Assembly (NCBI GenBank): GCA_000165425.1
Contig: CT868661.1
Coordinates: forward strand, 221,131-285,130
Direction: 5' to 3'
Origin: Paramecium tetraurelia
Taxonomy: Eukaryota
DNA length: 64,000 nucleotides
Position 1 is the stretch's first letter, and every line of letters begins with the position of its first letter. The position numbers and the translations under genes are program-made. Positions 13,270 to 27,193 of this stretch are shown here, piece by piece. A model generated the notes under the pieces. The model did not search any database. It was given only the letters and a program-made list of their open reading frames with translations, and was not told the DNA's origin.

Positions 13270-14164
13270 TCAAAATTGAACTGATGTTTTTTTCTTTATC
13301 TTTTTGTTAACCTAATTGCTTTATTAATTATTTTTCTATTTCTTTTATGGTTATCTTTTGTTTTCACATTCTGTACACTAACAATGTGAAGTGCACTTTT
13401 TTCCCCTTATAAAACATTCACAATAACCTTTTACACATTTTGTTTTTTTGCACTTACATCCCCACACTTATTTAGTATCAAAAGAATCCAAATCATGATG
13501 AGATGCTCTCTATTCTTTCATCTTAATTTGTTCGACTGCCTTCAACACATCCTCTTCGTGTTACCCATCATTATAACAGTCATTGCACTTACATTCGCTC
13601 ATGCATTGACGTCTATTATGGAAACATGAACAATATAATTATAAACAATGAGTCTTTGTACAATGACAAGGTTTCATTTCATCCTCTTCCACAGGAGAAT
13701 TATCCACATTGTAATTTGCTTTATTTACTTTTCTTCTTGTTTGAATCTATTGTACATTTTATACTTCCTAGATGTCCACCTACTTTATTTCCTAGATCTC
13801 CAACTACTTTATTTCTTATGCGTCTTATCTAATTTGATTTTCTTATTTCTATTATGGCGAATATTTAGTGGGACTCAGAGCTTCTAATGACATTTGCTTT
13901 TTGTAATAACCTTGATTTTCATCGAGGGACATTTACGAACTATTCAAATCATGCTAATCAATACACAAATAGGGTTAATCTAGGCACAGGAACGTCTCCT
14001 ATCAATTCAGACGATGACAATTAACTCTATGTTTGTGCTTGCAAAAATTCTTATTTCTTGTCCTCCCGTTATTCATTATCCTTGGGTACAAATAAATCCT
14101 CATCTTTTGACGAACCATTAGACGATGAAATAAACATACCATTTCGACTATCTTTATTAATCAT
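13270..14164 (-). CDS. tesmin/TSO1/Lin-54-like CXC (CRC) domain protein
   Basis: Two CXC repeats: PCHCTKTHCLQLYCSCFHNRRQCMSECKCNDCYN and GCKCKKTKCVKGYCECFIRGKKCTSHCQCTECEN. Confidence 0.9.
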
Positions 14165-14398
14165 TCTTAAATTTAAATAAAAATAATATTTTTTACTTTT
14201 TATAGAACATCCTAAAATATATTCAAATCTCAACTCTACTCAAAAAAGCCTTTATTTTTACATCCCTAAATTCTATTTATTTTTATTTTAAATCACTCTT
14301 CAATTAACACACACTTTTTCTGAAATTAACTTCTCATTTCAATTAATAATCTTATTATGTATCTTATTATATTCGATAATTTAATTAAAACTTTAGAT

Positions 14399-15535
14399 AT
14401 GGAAATTGAATTTTATAGAAAACCTAAAAAAATATTATTAATTAAGACATATGCAATAAGTGGAAACTCAATATTGCTATTATAGTAATTTCAATTTATT
14501 CGAGAGCACTTCTCAATTGTTGAAGAAAGACAAGTTCGTTAAATCGTTGTTGCAAACCTTAGGAGAGGAGTGGCGAATATATGCTGGACGAGCAATCACT
14601 ATAGAATTGGATGGATAAATAAATCATTTGGCATGGTAATTTTGTTTCGAAAATTTACTCTTCGCCTGGTTGGAGAACGAAGACTCACAATATGAAGAAT
14701 TTTACGATTTATCAATTCAACGCATAAGTCCTTATAATATTGGTATTAAACAAATAAATTTAAATTAGATGCTGTTTATTTTAGGCCTGTGTTCGATGGT
14801 TTCTTTTATTCTGCTCAATAATTGTGGCAAAAGATGAGATTGAGTAGACCACCTTCCCAAGAATCTTTCAAGTCCCTAGATTAAATAAAGTAGGAGGATA
14901 TCAAATCAATGTCCAATATTCTGAAACCATTGGTAATCGTAAGCGAAAGGATTATCAATTATTTCCGAAAGGAAGAACAAGCTTAGCCTTAAACAATCGA
15001 GTGTCCACAATACCAATAGTCGAGTTGGAAACAAATCTCCAAATTAACAGAAGATTCCCTGCCACTTGATTTGGTGGAGAATGCATACATTTATGTTAGT
15101 CAATTCATCCAGAAAACCTACAAGAATTGCCAAGTAGCTAAATCCTTCATTGTTAATATCATTGAGTTAAATCATGATGTATTGAGCAAATTCCAGATTT
15201 CAAATTAGTAAATTAAAATCAGAATTATGTAACCATCTTGTTTAATGTACGATAATTTGTTATCAATTTGGACATTGGCAAATTCAGGGGTTTAACCTTA
15301 ATATTTCGATTTAATTGGCAGGGCAAAATCCTTATTGGGAAATAATTGGAAAGATAATTATTAATAGCCTGTTGAAGTATTTTTTTAGTTGATGACCAAA
15401 TTGTATGGAAACATTATTCTAAATCCATAAATAAAATCAGAAGACTAGTTAAACCATTTATTGAAAAATATGAGAATTTAAATGGCATAATTGTGGGAAT
15501 AAGAAATAGTTAATTCAACATTAGAAAAATAATGA
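14399..15535 (+). CDS. hypothetical protein
   Basis: ATG at 14399, protein-like frames joined by small introns, ends EIVNSTLEKQ-TGA. No family recognised. Confidence 0.55.
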
Positions 15536-15584
15536 TTAATATATTATTGTGTATAACATGTGAAATATTAAATTTAATTGACAA

Positions 15585-17337
15585 ATGATTGATCCTCAAT
15601 TGATGGAAAAGTGGAAAACAGAGCTTTTCTAAGATCAAGCACTCAACAAACTCTTTGATTAGCACTTAACATTGGAGGAGTTTGTCCTATTAATCCTCAA
15701 GAATTGTATTATCATATTCCATTAAAATAGATAACATGGTTTAATTGGGAGACATATTTTAAAAGTTGACTTCGATTAATCAATCTATTTCTATGTAGTT
15801 GGATCACTACATTAAAAACAATTATGAATTGCTGATTGAAGATCTTAAGGATGTAATATAGAAAAATATTCCTAGAAATCTTAACAATGTGACAATGATG
15901 TCATTATTGAAGCCTTATAAAAGATTAAATTTATATAACAAAGACTTCAGGACAATTATGTGACTAAATACAATAAAATTATAAAACTATTGCCAATCAA
16001 ATAAAATAGTGAATTAGCTTTGCAAAAGTGTAAACAACTTCAAAAATTCAGTGTGCAATTAAAATTACTGAGATCCTTAGCTCAATAGTAAAATAACAGT
16101 ATCAACATAACAGATGCACAGAGAGTGTCTAATGCTTTATTTGAAATAGATAGATTGCCTATTAAACAATTTCAATTTTATAAGAACAACCAGACCTATA
16201 TTAAATAGGTTGAAGAAACCTTATAGATTAAAGTAACTAGAAAGTTTGAAGATTCACTCTCAGCAAAGAGTGTGCCAGATTTAACATAATGTTTGGGAAT
16301 ATTTTATAGTCTTGGTAGATTATCTGAAATACTTGAACTGAAATGTAATTAAGTATTAAAATAAATAAGTGAACAATATAAGATATTATTCTCAAATTCT
16401 AAATCCTTTTTACCTGACTATAGAAATCAAATAAAAAATGAATTAAATTAGATGATTCTAATTTGGTTAATCTATCAAGCTATGAATTAAAGTAATATAA
16501 TATCTCTATTTCAGCTGATCAATATCACTTAATCAATTACTAAGAAGAACTCAAAGATTAATTCCCGCACTTATTTTTGATGGTATGGAAAAAGTACACA
16601 GATGTCATTTAACAGTCAATCTAAATTATAATCGATAACAAGTAGAAGTATGAGTCTACTTACAACAATTTGGTCCATTTTTATCCCATCATCAAAGATA
16701 TCTATTATGACTAACTAATTATGTTTAGCGAACAAATAGTAAGCACTTATATCAATCTATTTAGCTTATCTTTCCATCATCAATACTATTAAGTCTTAAT
16801 TAAAATGAAATCTAGGGACAATTGATGTCTTCCTTGAATGTGTTGAGACCTTTGCATTAAATGCAATTCATACTGTTGTTGAAGGAACAAATCACTAATC
16901 TTGCTAATGATGTATACGTTTAGGAGAAAGGACAACCCTATGTTGAGAAAGTAAATTTATCATTTTATATTCAGGCTTTGAATGCTTTGACTTCATTCAT
17001 TGATTTTGTTAAATTAGAATTTGAATAAATTAAATATGATGGCCAATCATTTAAATTTATGACTCAAAAGTTACTTCATGAATACAACTCTTTGATTGAA
17101 TCCTTCCAAGGAATGACTTATACCAATGAATGTTTAGCTGTCTTATCTGTTTCAATGCCATACTTCTGGAAATAACTTTTAGATCATCCCTTAAATCATG
17201 AACTTGAAATGTCAGAATTATTGGTTAAAAAAGAAGGACTTAAGTAAATAGATTCAAATTTATAAATCTTATTTGATTAATATTTACAAAGACGCAAAAT
17301 TACATAAGATTTGATTAATGCCTTATTAAAAAATTGA
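15585..17337 (+). CDS. COG5: conserved oligomeric Golgi complex subunit 5-like
   Basis: N-terminal coiled coil ...LDHYIKNNYELLIEDL, then VSNALFEIDRL...KFEDSLSAKSVPDLTQCLGIFYSLGRL, which resembles the COG5 'TALQVFYNLG' region. Confidence 0.65.
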
Positions 17338-17376
17338 TTTTAATGTATAATGCAAATTTAATAAATATTATTAAAG

Positions 17377-18234
17377 ATGTTAAGGACTATCCAATCTTTC
17401 TCCTTAGATAACGATGTCAAACCAACCTTTTTACCCAAAAAAAAGTCACATTATTATCTTAAATCTCTAATAAAAAATAGAAATTTGAGACCAAAAAGTC
17501 AAGAGGCAGACGATTCTAATTAATAGATAATCAATGAAAAGATAGGCCCATCGAGAAGAAAAAGTTGTTATTGCAATCTCTGTGGTTTCACTAGTAAAAA
17601 GCAATAAAGATTCATGGATCTTAAGCTAATCAAAAAACCAACAATGATCAAAAAACCACCTATTCATAGTGACAGAAGGAGTACATTTAATCTACAAAGT
17701 GCAAGTAAGAAATACTAATTTATACTCAGATAGAAGTGTTTTTTATAGAAGGAACACACAAAAAAAGGAGGAAAAGGCAGATCTTCCAAAATCACCTGCC
17801 TATGATCTCGGAGAATCAAAAAACACTGATTGGTATGTTCGCCAAATTATTAAAAGAAATTCAAGAATTAATGTCCAAAAATTCGTTGATAATTCATTTT
17901 CAAAGAACTCGTAATAAAAATCATAATCCAACAAAATAAATATCGATGATTTGATAAATGTAAAAAGTCAATAAACTATACATCTTCCTTATAGTACAAG
18001 TATTCTATCTTGATAATGTTATAAGATAGTCCTAGTGTTAGAATTCGAACTATTGGGGCCTTTGACTAAGATAACACAACCACATCTCCAAAATGTAAAG
18101 ACTTTCCTAAGTTTTCTCCCTATTTAAACTTTCGCTAACTCAATACAAATCTCCTTGCTCCAATCAAATACAAATCTAATATATCAATGTCAAGAAAAGC
18201 CAAAAAAAATATATTTTCATATTCCAAAAATTGA
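17377..18234 (+). CDS. basic low-complexity hypothetical protein with RRKSCxCxxCG motif
   Basis: MLRTIQSFSLDND...PSRRKSCYCNLCGFTS. Ends at TGA 18232-18234. Confidence 0.6.
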
Positions 18235-18681
18235 ATAGTTAATTTGTAACTTAATTATTTGATTTCTTTTATAATTATTTAATTGTATCATTAAAGATTC
18301 AATATCTAAATGTAATGAAGGCTCAAATCTATTAAAATGTATCTTAAATATTAGTAGAAAATAGTTTTGATTGTTGTAATTTGAATAAAAGATTTCTTCA
18401 TTTTTTAAATTTAAATTATATTACATATAAATTAATGATTTTATCTGTTTTTTTATGATATTGCTTTGAATAATTTAGTGCTATTAATGAGAACTTGATA
18501 ATTAAATAAGTGATTGATTTATCAAATTATTATTTTAAATAATATAAAGAAACAAAAATTGGATTAATTAAACGACAATTTTAATTATCATTAAATCTAT
18601 AGATTACTATTTGTTTAATATATTCTTTATTAATTTTTAATTATAATTATATGATATTATGTGAACATTAAATAATCATGA

Positions 18682-19831
18682 TCAGATTTTTTCAACAATA
18701 ATTTAATCTAACATATCTTTGTGTGTATCTATGGTGTAAAATTCCTCAATTTTTTTATCTGGCATAATCTAAGAATATGTTTTAGCCTAAAATGTAGATA
18801 CTATTTATAAATTTATTAATTACTTTTTTCTTAAATGTTTCTTATTCTTGATGAAAGCATACATTAATAATTGGACAAAGTTTAAAGATGCATTAATTTA
18901 TATTATAAAGCTTCATCTACATCCATGTTTGGTTATTTTTCATAATATTTGATCATTTTATCTACAGTATTAGTCAATAGTTCTAGTTGTTCGTGTTATT
19001 ATAAAATTAATTGTTCTTGATATTTTTGAGGAACAGAAAACTATTAATTAATTCGAACAGTTCCAGATAATTAATCGTATGATTCCTTCATTGTTTGTTA
19101 GGCTTTTTAATAATCATTGCATTGAGCCTCTTCTTTCTTTAACACTTCCAATCCATCCTCTGTTATTTTTTATACCAATCCAACAGTAGAGATGTATTCA
19201 TTTAAATTTTTAGACAAATCCTTTTAACCAGCTAAAATTTATTCAGAAGTGTCAAACACAGATTTTGTGTCCATTTGAAAGACAATCTGTGAAATTGGCT
19301 AGATCATTTATTGCCATTATTAATTTTAGGCTGGTTGATTGGCAAAGCTTTTTTCTGTTTCTGTGATCTTTTGAGTCACTAAATTATATTTATCTTTAAA
19401 AGCATTTGAATCATTAATAAAAGTTTGAATCTAATTTTGCTGCTGATATTATAGTCCATTCTACATCAAACCTGGTTGTTGTGGCTAAGGGTTTGTAGAA
19501 AATAAATTAGTTTATCCAAAACCAGTCTATGTATTGCCAAATAAATTTGGAGCTGCTGGTTATGGCTACCCAAAGATGCCCTGATTTTAAGTTGGTTATC
19601 CCAATATTGGATTTTATCCAAATCCACCTATTGTATAAGATGTCAAAAAATACCCATCATTGGTTGAGTTTAATTATTTGGTTATCCAAATAGCATAGTA
19701 TTTTGTTGTGTTGGTTATGGGTTGCCGAAAATATTACTTGGTTATTGCTATGCCGGTGCAGCAGAGAATAACATATTATTTTGAGGGGGTTTGCTACCGA
19801 ATAAATTTTATGGTGCCGGATTATTAGCCAT
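18682..19831 (-). CDS. FG-repeat nucleoporin with C-terminal coiled coil (central-channel Nup-like)
   Basis: MANNPAPQNLFG...NIFG...MLFG...GFG...GIFG...NLFG repeats in a Q/P/N-rich region, followed by a helical domain. Confidence 0.8.
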
Positions 19832-19899
19832 TATAATAATTACTTAATTATTAGTTTAAAAATTTGAAAATTCTAATAGTAAAAAATATGAATTAGCAC

Positions 19900-20498
19900 T
19901 CAATTTTAGGGATAGTTAAGGAATTATGAAAATTGAGGAATGTATTATTGAGGATAGTGACTGCCATAAGATAAATAAAGGATTGTATTTTAAATTCTTT
20001 CCTAATCAGTCGAATTAAGTGGTATCACTTTAAATGATAATGATGTAAGCCCATTCGTATCAAATGAACCACTGCAGCTAGAGAATGTATCACCTAGATA
20101 ATTTTATTTAAATTACCAAAATTTTCAATATAAAATTGATTTCCCAAACACGATGCTTTAAAATGCGCCGATTAACCATTATATGTGGCAAATTATAATG
20201 AGGTGATATATCTTCCATCAAAAGTACCACTCACTTGCTATAGATCTAGATATGCAATATATTTACAATCATCTTTTTCTATAATGAACTCTTCTTCCTA
20301 TACATAGAAATAAAACTTGCTAACAGCATTGCAACAAAAATTATGAAATTTGTACATTTATCTTTTATCATAAAATAAAGCTATTGCAACAATATTTTGT
20401 TTATTGTATTAAATTTTCACTTTACTTATTTTATCTATCATTCCATCATCAAAATCTTCTCCTTAGGATTATCCCACTGATAGAAATCTGAGTTCCAT
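19900..20498 (-). CDS. jacalin-like (beta-prism) lectin domain protein
   Basis: GEDFDDG...ISKVKIQY...EEFIIEKDD...QVSGTFDGRYITSLQFATYNG...GSFDTNGLTSLSFKV, a jacalin-like pattern. Several tiny introns. Confidence 0.65.
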
Positions 20499-20541
20499 TT
20501 TTTAAATGAAATTAATTTAATTATATATAAATTTTCAAGAG

Positions 20542-22039
20542 TCAATTGATTTATTCCTGTTTGATTTCTTATTAAATTGATTAAATGCTATGCTTAGCTT
20601 CATTCAGTTTATTCTATAATAATGATTGATCAAGATCACTTAACTTTTACTCGATAGATGCCCATTACGGTAAATTAAAGTAAATAAGATCAGATGTGAT
20701 CCATTGACGCTTCAAATCATCATCCTTACTCTGTAAGCATTACTGCAATAAGGCTTTTTATGATGAAGGTGATTTCCCTTTTTTTGGACTACTCTTAATA
20801 ATAGATTTTGATGTGTTTAACTTCGATTGCACTTTCTTCTTCTTCTTTGGTTATTACTCTTCATCACTTGTATTCTACACTTCTAATCTTGCCTTATATT
20901 TATGTTTGTCACAAAAAAATTTAAACTAGTTCTCGATCAACTTGCCTTATCATAAGATTCATATTTTACCTGTTTGGGAACTCTTCATTAGACAGGTAAA
21001 ATGAAATGATTAAGGACATACTGCACAACATATAGTGGCCCCAGATCTACTACACAGGAAGCATTTCTAAAATGTATAATATATTTACAGTTTTCTTGGA
21101 TTTCTCCACTTCATCATCAATGTTCTTAGGATCACATTACTCTAAATTACTAAAAAAGACTAAGTTCTAACTCCACAATCCACACATTTCATGTAATTGA
21201 TATTTTTCATTTTAATTACTATTAGAAGGTATTAATAAAAGTGGTCCTAAATTTTGATCATTTGCTTCCAAACTACAAAATACACAATTTCCTTCATTTT
21301 ATTTTGGATATATTAATTTCTAATATTGGAATTTTTACAATCTCCCAAATGTTATTGTCGATTCCTTTATCTCCTATCTCTATTTCAAAATGGGTTTAAT
21401 TGTTTCCGTCTACTGTTCCAATAAATTACCATTTTAATTTTAAACTTAAGTTGAAACCTTTTATTAATAGTTTTCTTTTTATGTGTTTTAATTTTATTAA
21501 GTCTAAAATTAAGTCTAGTTTTAGGTTTGTTATAGTTGCAATTAAGATTGTGTTTAGCTTTATCCCAAAGTAAGTTAATTTTGGATGAAAGAGTTTTGAA
21601 CTGACGAACCTGTATTTTTTGTTTATTTGAATAATGGATAAAATTTTTGTTCTTGTTGAATTGGCTTTGGAGGGGCTTTTAAATCAATGTGTTTGTTGAT
21701 TTATTCTTATTATTTTAGTTCTTCAATAACGTAAGTTTAAGGATTAGAGGGAATCAACTCTTTCAGATCCCTTAATTATTTATCTACATCCTTATGAAAC
21801 TTATTAAAATATTCCAAAATCTTCAGTTAATTATATGATTATTTATCTAATTGTTTCATGCTATTAGAGTCTTCAGTGATGTTATTCAAATGAAATCTTC
21901 GCTCCATTTTTTCTTATTATTTCCTTTTCAAATAATTTGTGAATTTCTGAAGTGTTGCTTTTGTTAGAGCCAATAATTGATCAGCATCTGAAATAGCCTA
22001 TTCGAGCTCTTCAGCCGCCTATTCTAAGTATAAATTCAT
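20542..22039 (-). CDS. extended PHD (zf-HC5HC2H) finger chromatin protein
   Basis: CVFC...LGPL...HEMCGLWS...CFLCSRSGATICCAVCPQSFHFTCL...FCDKH. Confidence 0.85.
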
Positions 22040-22517
22040 TAAATTATATATATTAATTTTATCAAAAAATAAACATGACTTTGAATTGAACTAATTAATT
22101 TTTAATGTTGTGTTATTTTTTTATGTTTTTTTGTTTTTTTCAAATCAACCAATAAAATTCAATAATTTCCCTTCCACTTCCTCAATTTACTTGTTTCTGA
22201 TTCTCCAAACTCGGATTTAAGGTATCAATTCATTTACTAAACCAACACCCTATTCTTTTTTAAAACTTCATAATTTAGTGCAGTTACTTGTGAAACTGTA
22301 CAAATTTATAAAAATATAAAATATATGTTCTGAATCTACAATCTCAAAAGAAATAAGTCATCTATCGATCCTATCAAAAAATAAACTTTTGAAATATTCT
22401 ACGATTGCATCTTTTTTAAATGTAACTTAATGCTTTTGCTATTAAATAATTTAACGAATTAAAAATAATTTTTTAAGTAATAATAGATATTTACACTAAT
22501 ATTATCATCAAAGGACT

Positions 22518-22998
22518 TCATATCATTTTAAATTCTTGAGTATCGACACTTGGCTGAAATTAAATAATAAATTCTTTTGAAGATACTAATCTACTTGAAA
22601 GAGTGGAGATGATTTTGTATTTTAAAATTCTATTTTCTGATATTTAGGTATATCTGCATTTTTTGGGCTTGGCCTTTTTTATTTTGATGTTTCCTTTGCG
22701 TATATGGAATATGATGGTCTTAGCAGTCTCGTACTTGATACTCAATCTCTTGGCAGCCTTCGATATTGTTAATTCAGTATAATACATCTTTGATTTTAAA
22801 ACCTTCCTTGAATACAAGCTATGCGAGCTATTCCTTGGAATTAGATGGCACTTTGACATAAGTTCTTTTATATTCCTAGAAGGCTCCTGGGACTAAATTA
22901 TTTCGAGGCCTAAGCTCCTTCTTTTCCTATAACTTTTCTATTTCTGAGCTACCATTATTTGAGAACTCATTTTGATTAGGACATATAAAAATATTCAT
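22518..22998 (-). CDS. small helix-turn-helix (homeodomain-like) protein, paralog A
   Basis: KRTYVKVPSNSKEQLAQLVFKEGFKIKD[28-nt intron 22758-22785]AAKRLSIKYETAKTIIF. Confidence 0.8.
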
Positions 22999-23921
22999 TA
23001 TAAATAATAATTTTGATCCTATCTACATTTATTGAATATAAAGAGTCATTTTAATGCGTCATAATTAATGAGATAAAAGTAAATTATATAAAAAATATGT
23101 AAGGAATTACACAATATTAATAATCTATAACATTCCAATACATAATTAAATTCTAAATTTATATACTGAGCTAATTAAAAGAAATTTTATCCATTTAGAG
23201 TAAAATACAAGTTGCTGTACAAATAATCACCTAATTCAGGAACACTCTAATATTAATTATTAAAAACATTCAAAATGATATTGTTCGTGGTCCGTTTAAG
23301 ATTTGTGAGAGAATTATGACAATTATTTGGGCAGCGATAAAAAAATAAATTTTTAAATTCATAAAAAATTAAAATAATTCTGCCTATGTACCTAAAATAA
23401 TACATCTAAATATAAGTGCCTGCAACGTATAAAAAATAAAGGGATTCCTATTCAATTCATAATGACAAAGTAAATATATATTGTTAAATGCTGATATTTG
23501 TGTTTAATTTGTTAAAAGGCATATTATTATTGCAATGGTTTATTAGAATAAGAGGCTTTTAAAAACTTATATTTCTATTTTTAATGAGGAGAATATATTT
23601 CAAAATTTTTGTAATTTATTATATTAATTAATTAATTTAAAAACAGTTTTATTAAGTGATATAGATTTAATGTGAATACTTGGTATTTGTAAATTTAATG
23701 ATTTGATAATTTTAAAATATAATCATTTTTCTTTGAATTAATTTATTATTTTGAAAGCGATTAGTCGTCAGTTTAGAAGGGGAGTTCAGATTGAGGAGAG
23801 AGGATGGAATCAAGATCGAATAATAAGGTGGACAAGTCGATAACGAAAGTTACATAATTGAGAATAGAAATATAAAATTAATAATAATATAAATCAATTT
23901 AGTTTAAAGAATCAAATAATT

Positions 23922-25231
23922 ATGGACATGGATTTGCTCAGTTTTACGTGTATTAGACCTCATACTTTTTTTTCTAAAACTTATTATTTGAAAGTGATGG
24001 ATGATGAAGTTTTGATATCAGCTGTAACCTTATGATTCTAATATTCAGTTTAGCAATTATTAGAACCCAAAATACCGCATAGAACTTAAATTAACAACAT
24101 AAATTTTATGGAAAATGGGAAAGCAATAATTAAAAGCATTCGGAATAGTTTACCAGAATAAAATTAAATATTTTGAAGCATCGTAAATGCATCTTGAATC
24201 TTTGAAAAATGCTCTTGGTGGTAGGGTGATTTACAGAAACATGGCATCATTTTATGAACCAGTTAAATTGATAGGAGAGGGATTGTCAGCCAAAGTAAAA
24301 TAATTTATTAAATTAGGTATTTTAAAGCATTGATAAGAAAAGTAAAAATGCAGTAGCGGTAAAAATGATAAAACAGGAGTTTGGAAGAGAGGACTAAGCA
24401 TTGGTAAATAATTGAATTTAATTTCCATTTAAGGACATAGTCAAAACGGAAGTGTCAATCTTAAAGTAGTTAAACCATTAGAACATAATAAAGGTACTCG
24501 AAGTCTATGAGAACGATTAGACATTTTGGATAGTCCAAGAATTCGTAGCAGGGACTCCATTGAGTGAGACCCTGAAACAAAAGCTGCCCAGCGAATAGAT
24601 TAAGACCATAATGATTGTACTCTCACATAATATACTGCTAGGGTCTCTTAAATACAATAAGTTATTTACAATCTCAAAAGATAGTCCATAGAGACATAAA
24701 GCCAGAGAATATCATAATATAGAAAGACAATTCTATAAAAGTGATAGATTTTGGATTCGCAGCAAATCTGAAGTTCGGATCAGTCAGCAGTGTCTGTGGA
24801 ACTCCAGGATATTATGCTCCTGAGGTATTGAGACAAAAAGAATCCAGCTACAATTCAGACATGTTTAGTGTCGGAGTTGTTCTATTTAATTTGTAAGGAA
24901 TTCCTAAAAAACTATTAGAATAACAAACCAACCGATGCTTAAATCTAAGATGTACAATGCATAACAATATGTACCAGATGAAGAGGCAGCGGATCTTCTC
25001 AAGAGAATGTTGGAAGTGGATCCGACCAAAAGAATTACGGCTACACAAGCCTTGGAACATCCTTATTTTAAGGATAAAATGGAGAAAACTAGTTACGAGA
25101 AGTAGGATAGTCACTATCTTCGGAAAATAAAATTATATAATTATAATAGTAGTTAAATAATCAATAATATCAGCAGAAGAAAAGCAATAAAAGTCTGGAT
25201 GCTAAAACTACGAATGTTATTGATTAATGAA
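23922..25231 (+). CDS. Ser/Thr protein kinase (CAMK-like) with N-terminal PH-like region
   Basis: IGEGLSAKV, VAVKMI, HRDIKPEN, IDFGFA, CGTPGYYAPE and DMFSVGV motifs. Many small introns. 3' end approximate. Confidence 0.9.
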
Positions 25232-25330
25232 TTTATAAATTATCATTTTCTACTATTTCTTTGCAGTATTTTATTGTCACTTAATAATTTTCAGTTTAAA
25301 TAAATTCTCTTTAATTTATTTATTGAACTT

Positions 25331-26132
25331 ATGGATATTCTTATTTATTCCTCATCTCTTCACAATGCTTAACAATCTAATCAATCCATAAGAATCTAAA
25401 CAATAGGAACTGACTAAAGATCGAATAGTTTACATTTCAAAAATATCAATGTTATCCTCAAAGAATTGAATAAAACTCACACCAGAAGGAAAAGCTGCTA
25501 TTGCACCGAATGTGGATGCATGGGAAGGTTCTAATTCGAGAATATGAACACAAGATAGTTCTTTGAAAACTAGAAAAGCAATTAGATTGTCAATACAAAA
25601 AGCGCCTTAACACTAACGCTACCAAGTATATAGTTACTCCTATATCTAAAGAATAAGAGATCTTCTTTTAAAGAAAGAGAACAGTTAGAAAAACAGATAA
25701 AAAAACAACGATTATCGATAGCAGCACTACTGGTGATAAAATAGATGAGTAGAAGACATAATATTTCAATTTCAACACGCAGTCGAGATCTTCTCTCCTC
25801 TCTAATATTCTTGGAAAAAGAGACTTATAGATTAAACAAATTAATAAAATCAGTAGACCATAAGCTTAATACGATTGGAGCAAAAAATGAGATGTCTTAT
25901 TCCAATCACGTAGAAACATATTCCGCTGCCCTTCCCAGTTTAATGTTGTTGCAGTCGAATCAAAACTGAAAATCAAAGTTATCACCATCAACCTTTGAGT
26001 CCATCCAATAGAACGAGTAGCAAATCTAATTATAAGAATTCGCCTTATTACTATACTTATCGATAATTATTAACCCCAAAAGTTAAATATAGAAACGAGC
26101 AGAAAAAGATGAAATCAGCTATTCAATAATGA
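25331..26132 (+). CDS. hypothetical protein with RRKSCxCxxCG motif
   Basis: MDILIYSSS...HTRRKSCYCTECGCMG. The unspliced frame stops at TGA 25967-25969; a spliced form may extend to 26132. Confidence 0.55.
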
Positions 26133-26323
26133 TTAAATTTTGATCAAATTTTTATTATATTTTATTTAAATTAGATTCTTTTAAATTCAGACAAGATATT
26201 CAAGTATCATAATTAATTTTTAAGAATCCATTAATATTTATAATTGGAATCTTGCAATTAATATACTTGATCAATCCATAATCTGGAATCAAAATAAACA
26301 CAAAAATATATATAGTAAATGTA

Positions 26324-27175
26324 TCAACAACAGGAGTAATATTTGTTATCAAAAATATTGCACTATTCTTTGATTTGATCCTTTGATGGTGGTATCCAAT
26401 GAGATTGAAGGCCTTTATGAAAAAATGTGATTTTGATATTCTCTATGAATCCAAAATTATAAGGATGATAATATCTAGGATAAAAATTTAGGTATGAAAT
26501 CTTATCCCTCTTTGTATGTTCCCAAGTAGTTTTACCAGTCAATATCAACATGGTGTGATATAAAAGCAAAGCCCCTGTGAAAATTCCAAATCCGAAGGAT
26601 GTTGCTGCGGTTAACAATATAATAAAGTATTAATATTAGTATTCGTCGTGTCCGAATTCTTCATCATAAGTCGAATAGTAAGGAAATTGCTTCTTAAACT
26701 AAAACATTCCATCAAAACAGAGCAAACATTGAAAGAACAAGAACAACCAATACATTCGATGATTCAATTCACCAACACATCCCCCAATCCAAAAACAATG
26801 ATGGTCATATTTAGGTATGCATTTCTAGCACTTAGAACAATGTTTTGTTCTGTAAGATTGAATGATTTTACACTCCTAACATTCATTTCTATCAGGTGTT
26901 TAAGATTCAAATTATTCATAATCTCCCCTCAAACCAGAAAATGATAATTAAGATAATTCGTGATCTTCCTATTCTACCACAGGCTCTCCTGCTGAATCAC
27001 TGCACTGAAGGTAAAAATATCCAGCCGCAATTGTCTCTATCAATAAACGAATTCCAATTGGTATTGTCAATTCATTTTCAAATATTGTGAGTGTAAGCAT
27101 CCCAATCACCTCTGCGGAGAACAGAAACCTTTTGCAAGCATTCCCTAAATTATACACTTATGATGGCACTGCCAT
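26324..27175 (-). CDS. DHHC palmitoyl acyltransferase
   Basis: YDHHCFWIGGCVGELNHRMY, TTWE motif, NFGFIENI. Ends YYSCC-TGA. Confidence 0.95.
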
Positions 27176-27193
27176 ATATTTAATTATTTAATA

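Noticed and set aside
14399..14560. Nucleoside-diphosphate-kinase-like N-terminus
   Set aside because: Only a superficial LLIK resemblance, with no NDK catalytic His motif found.
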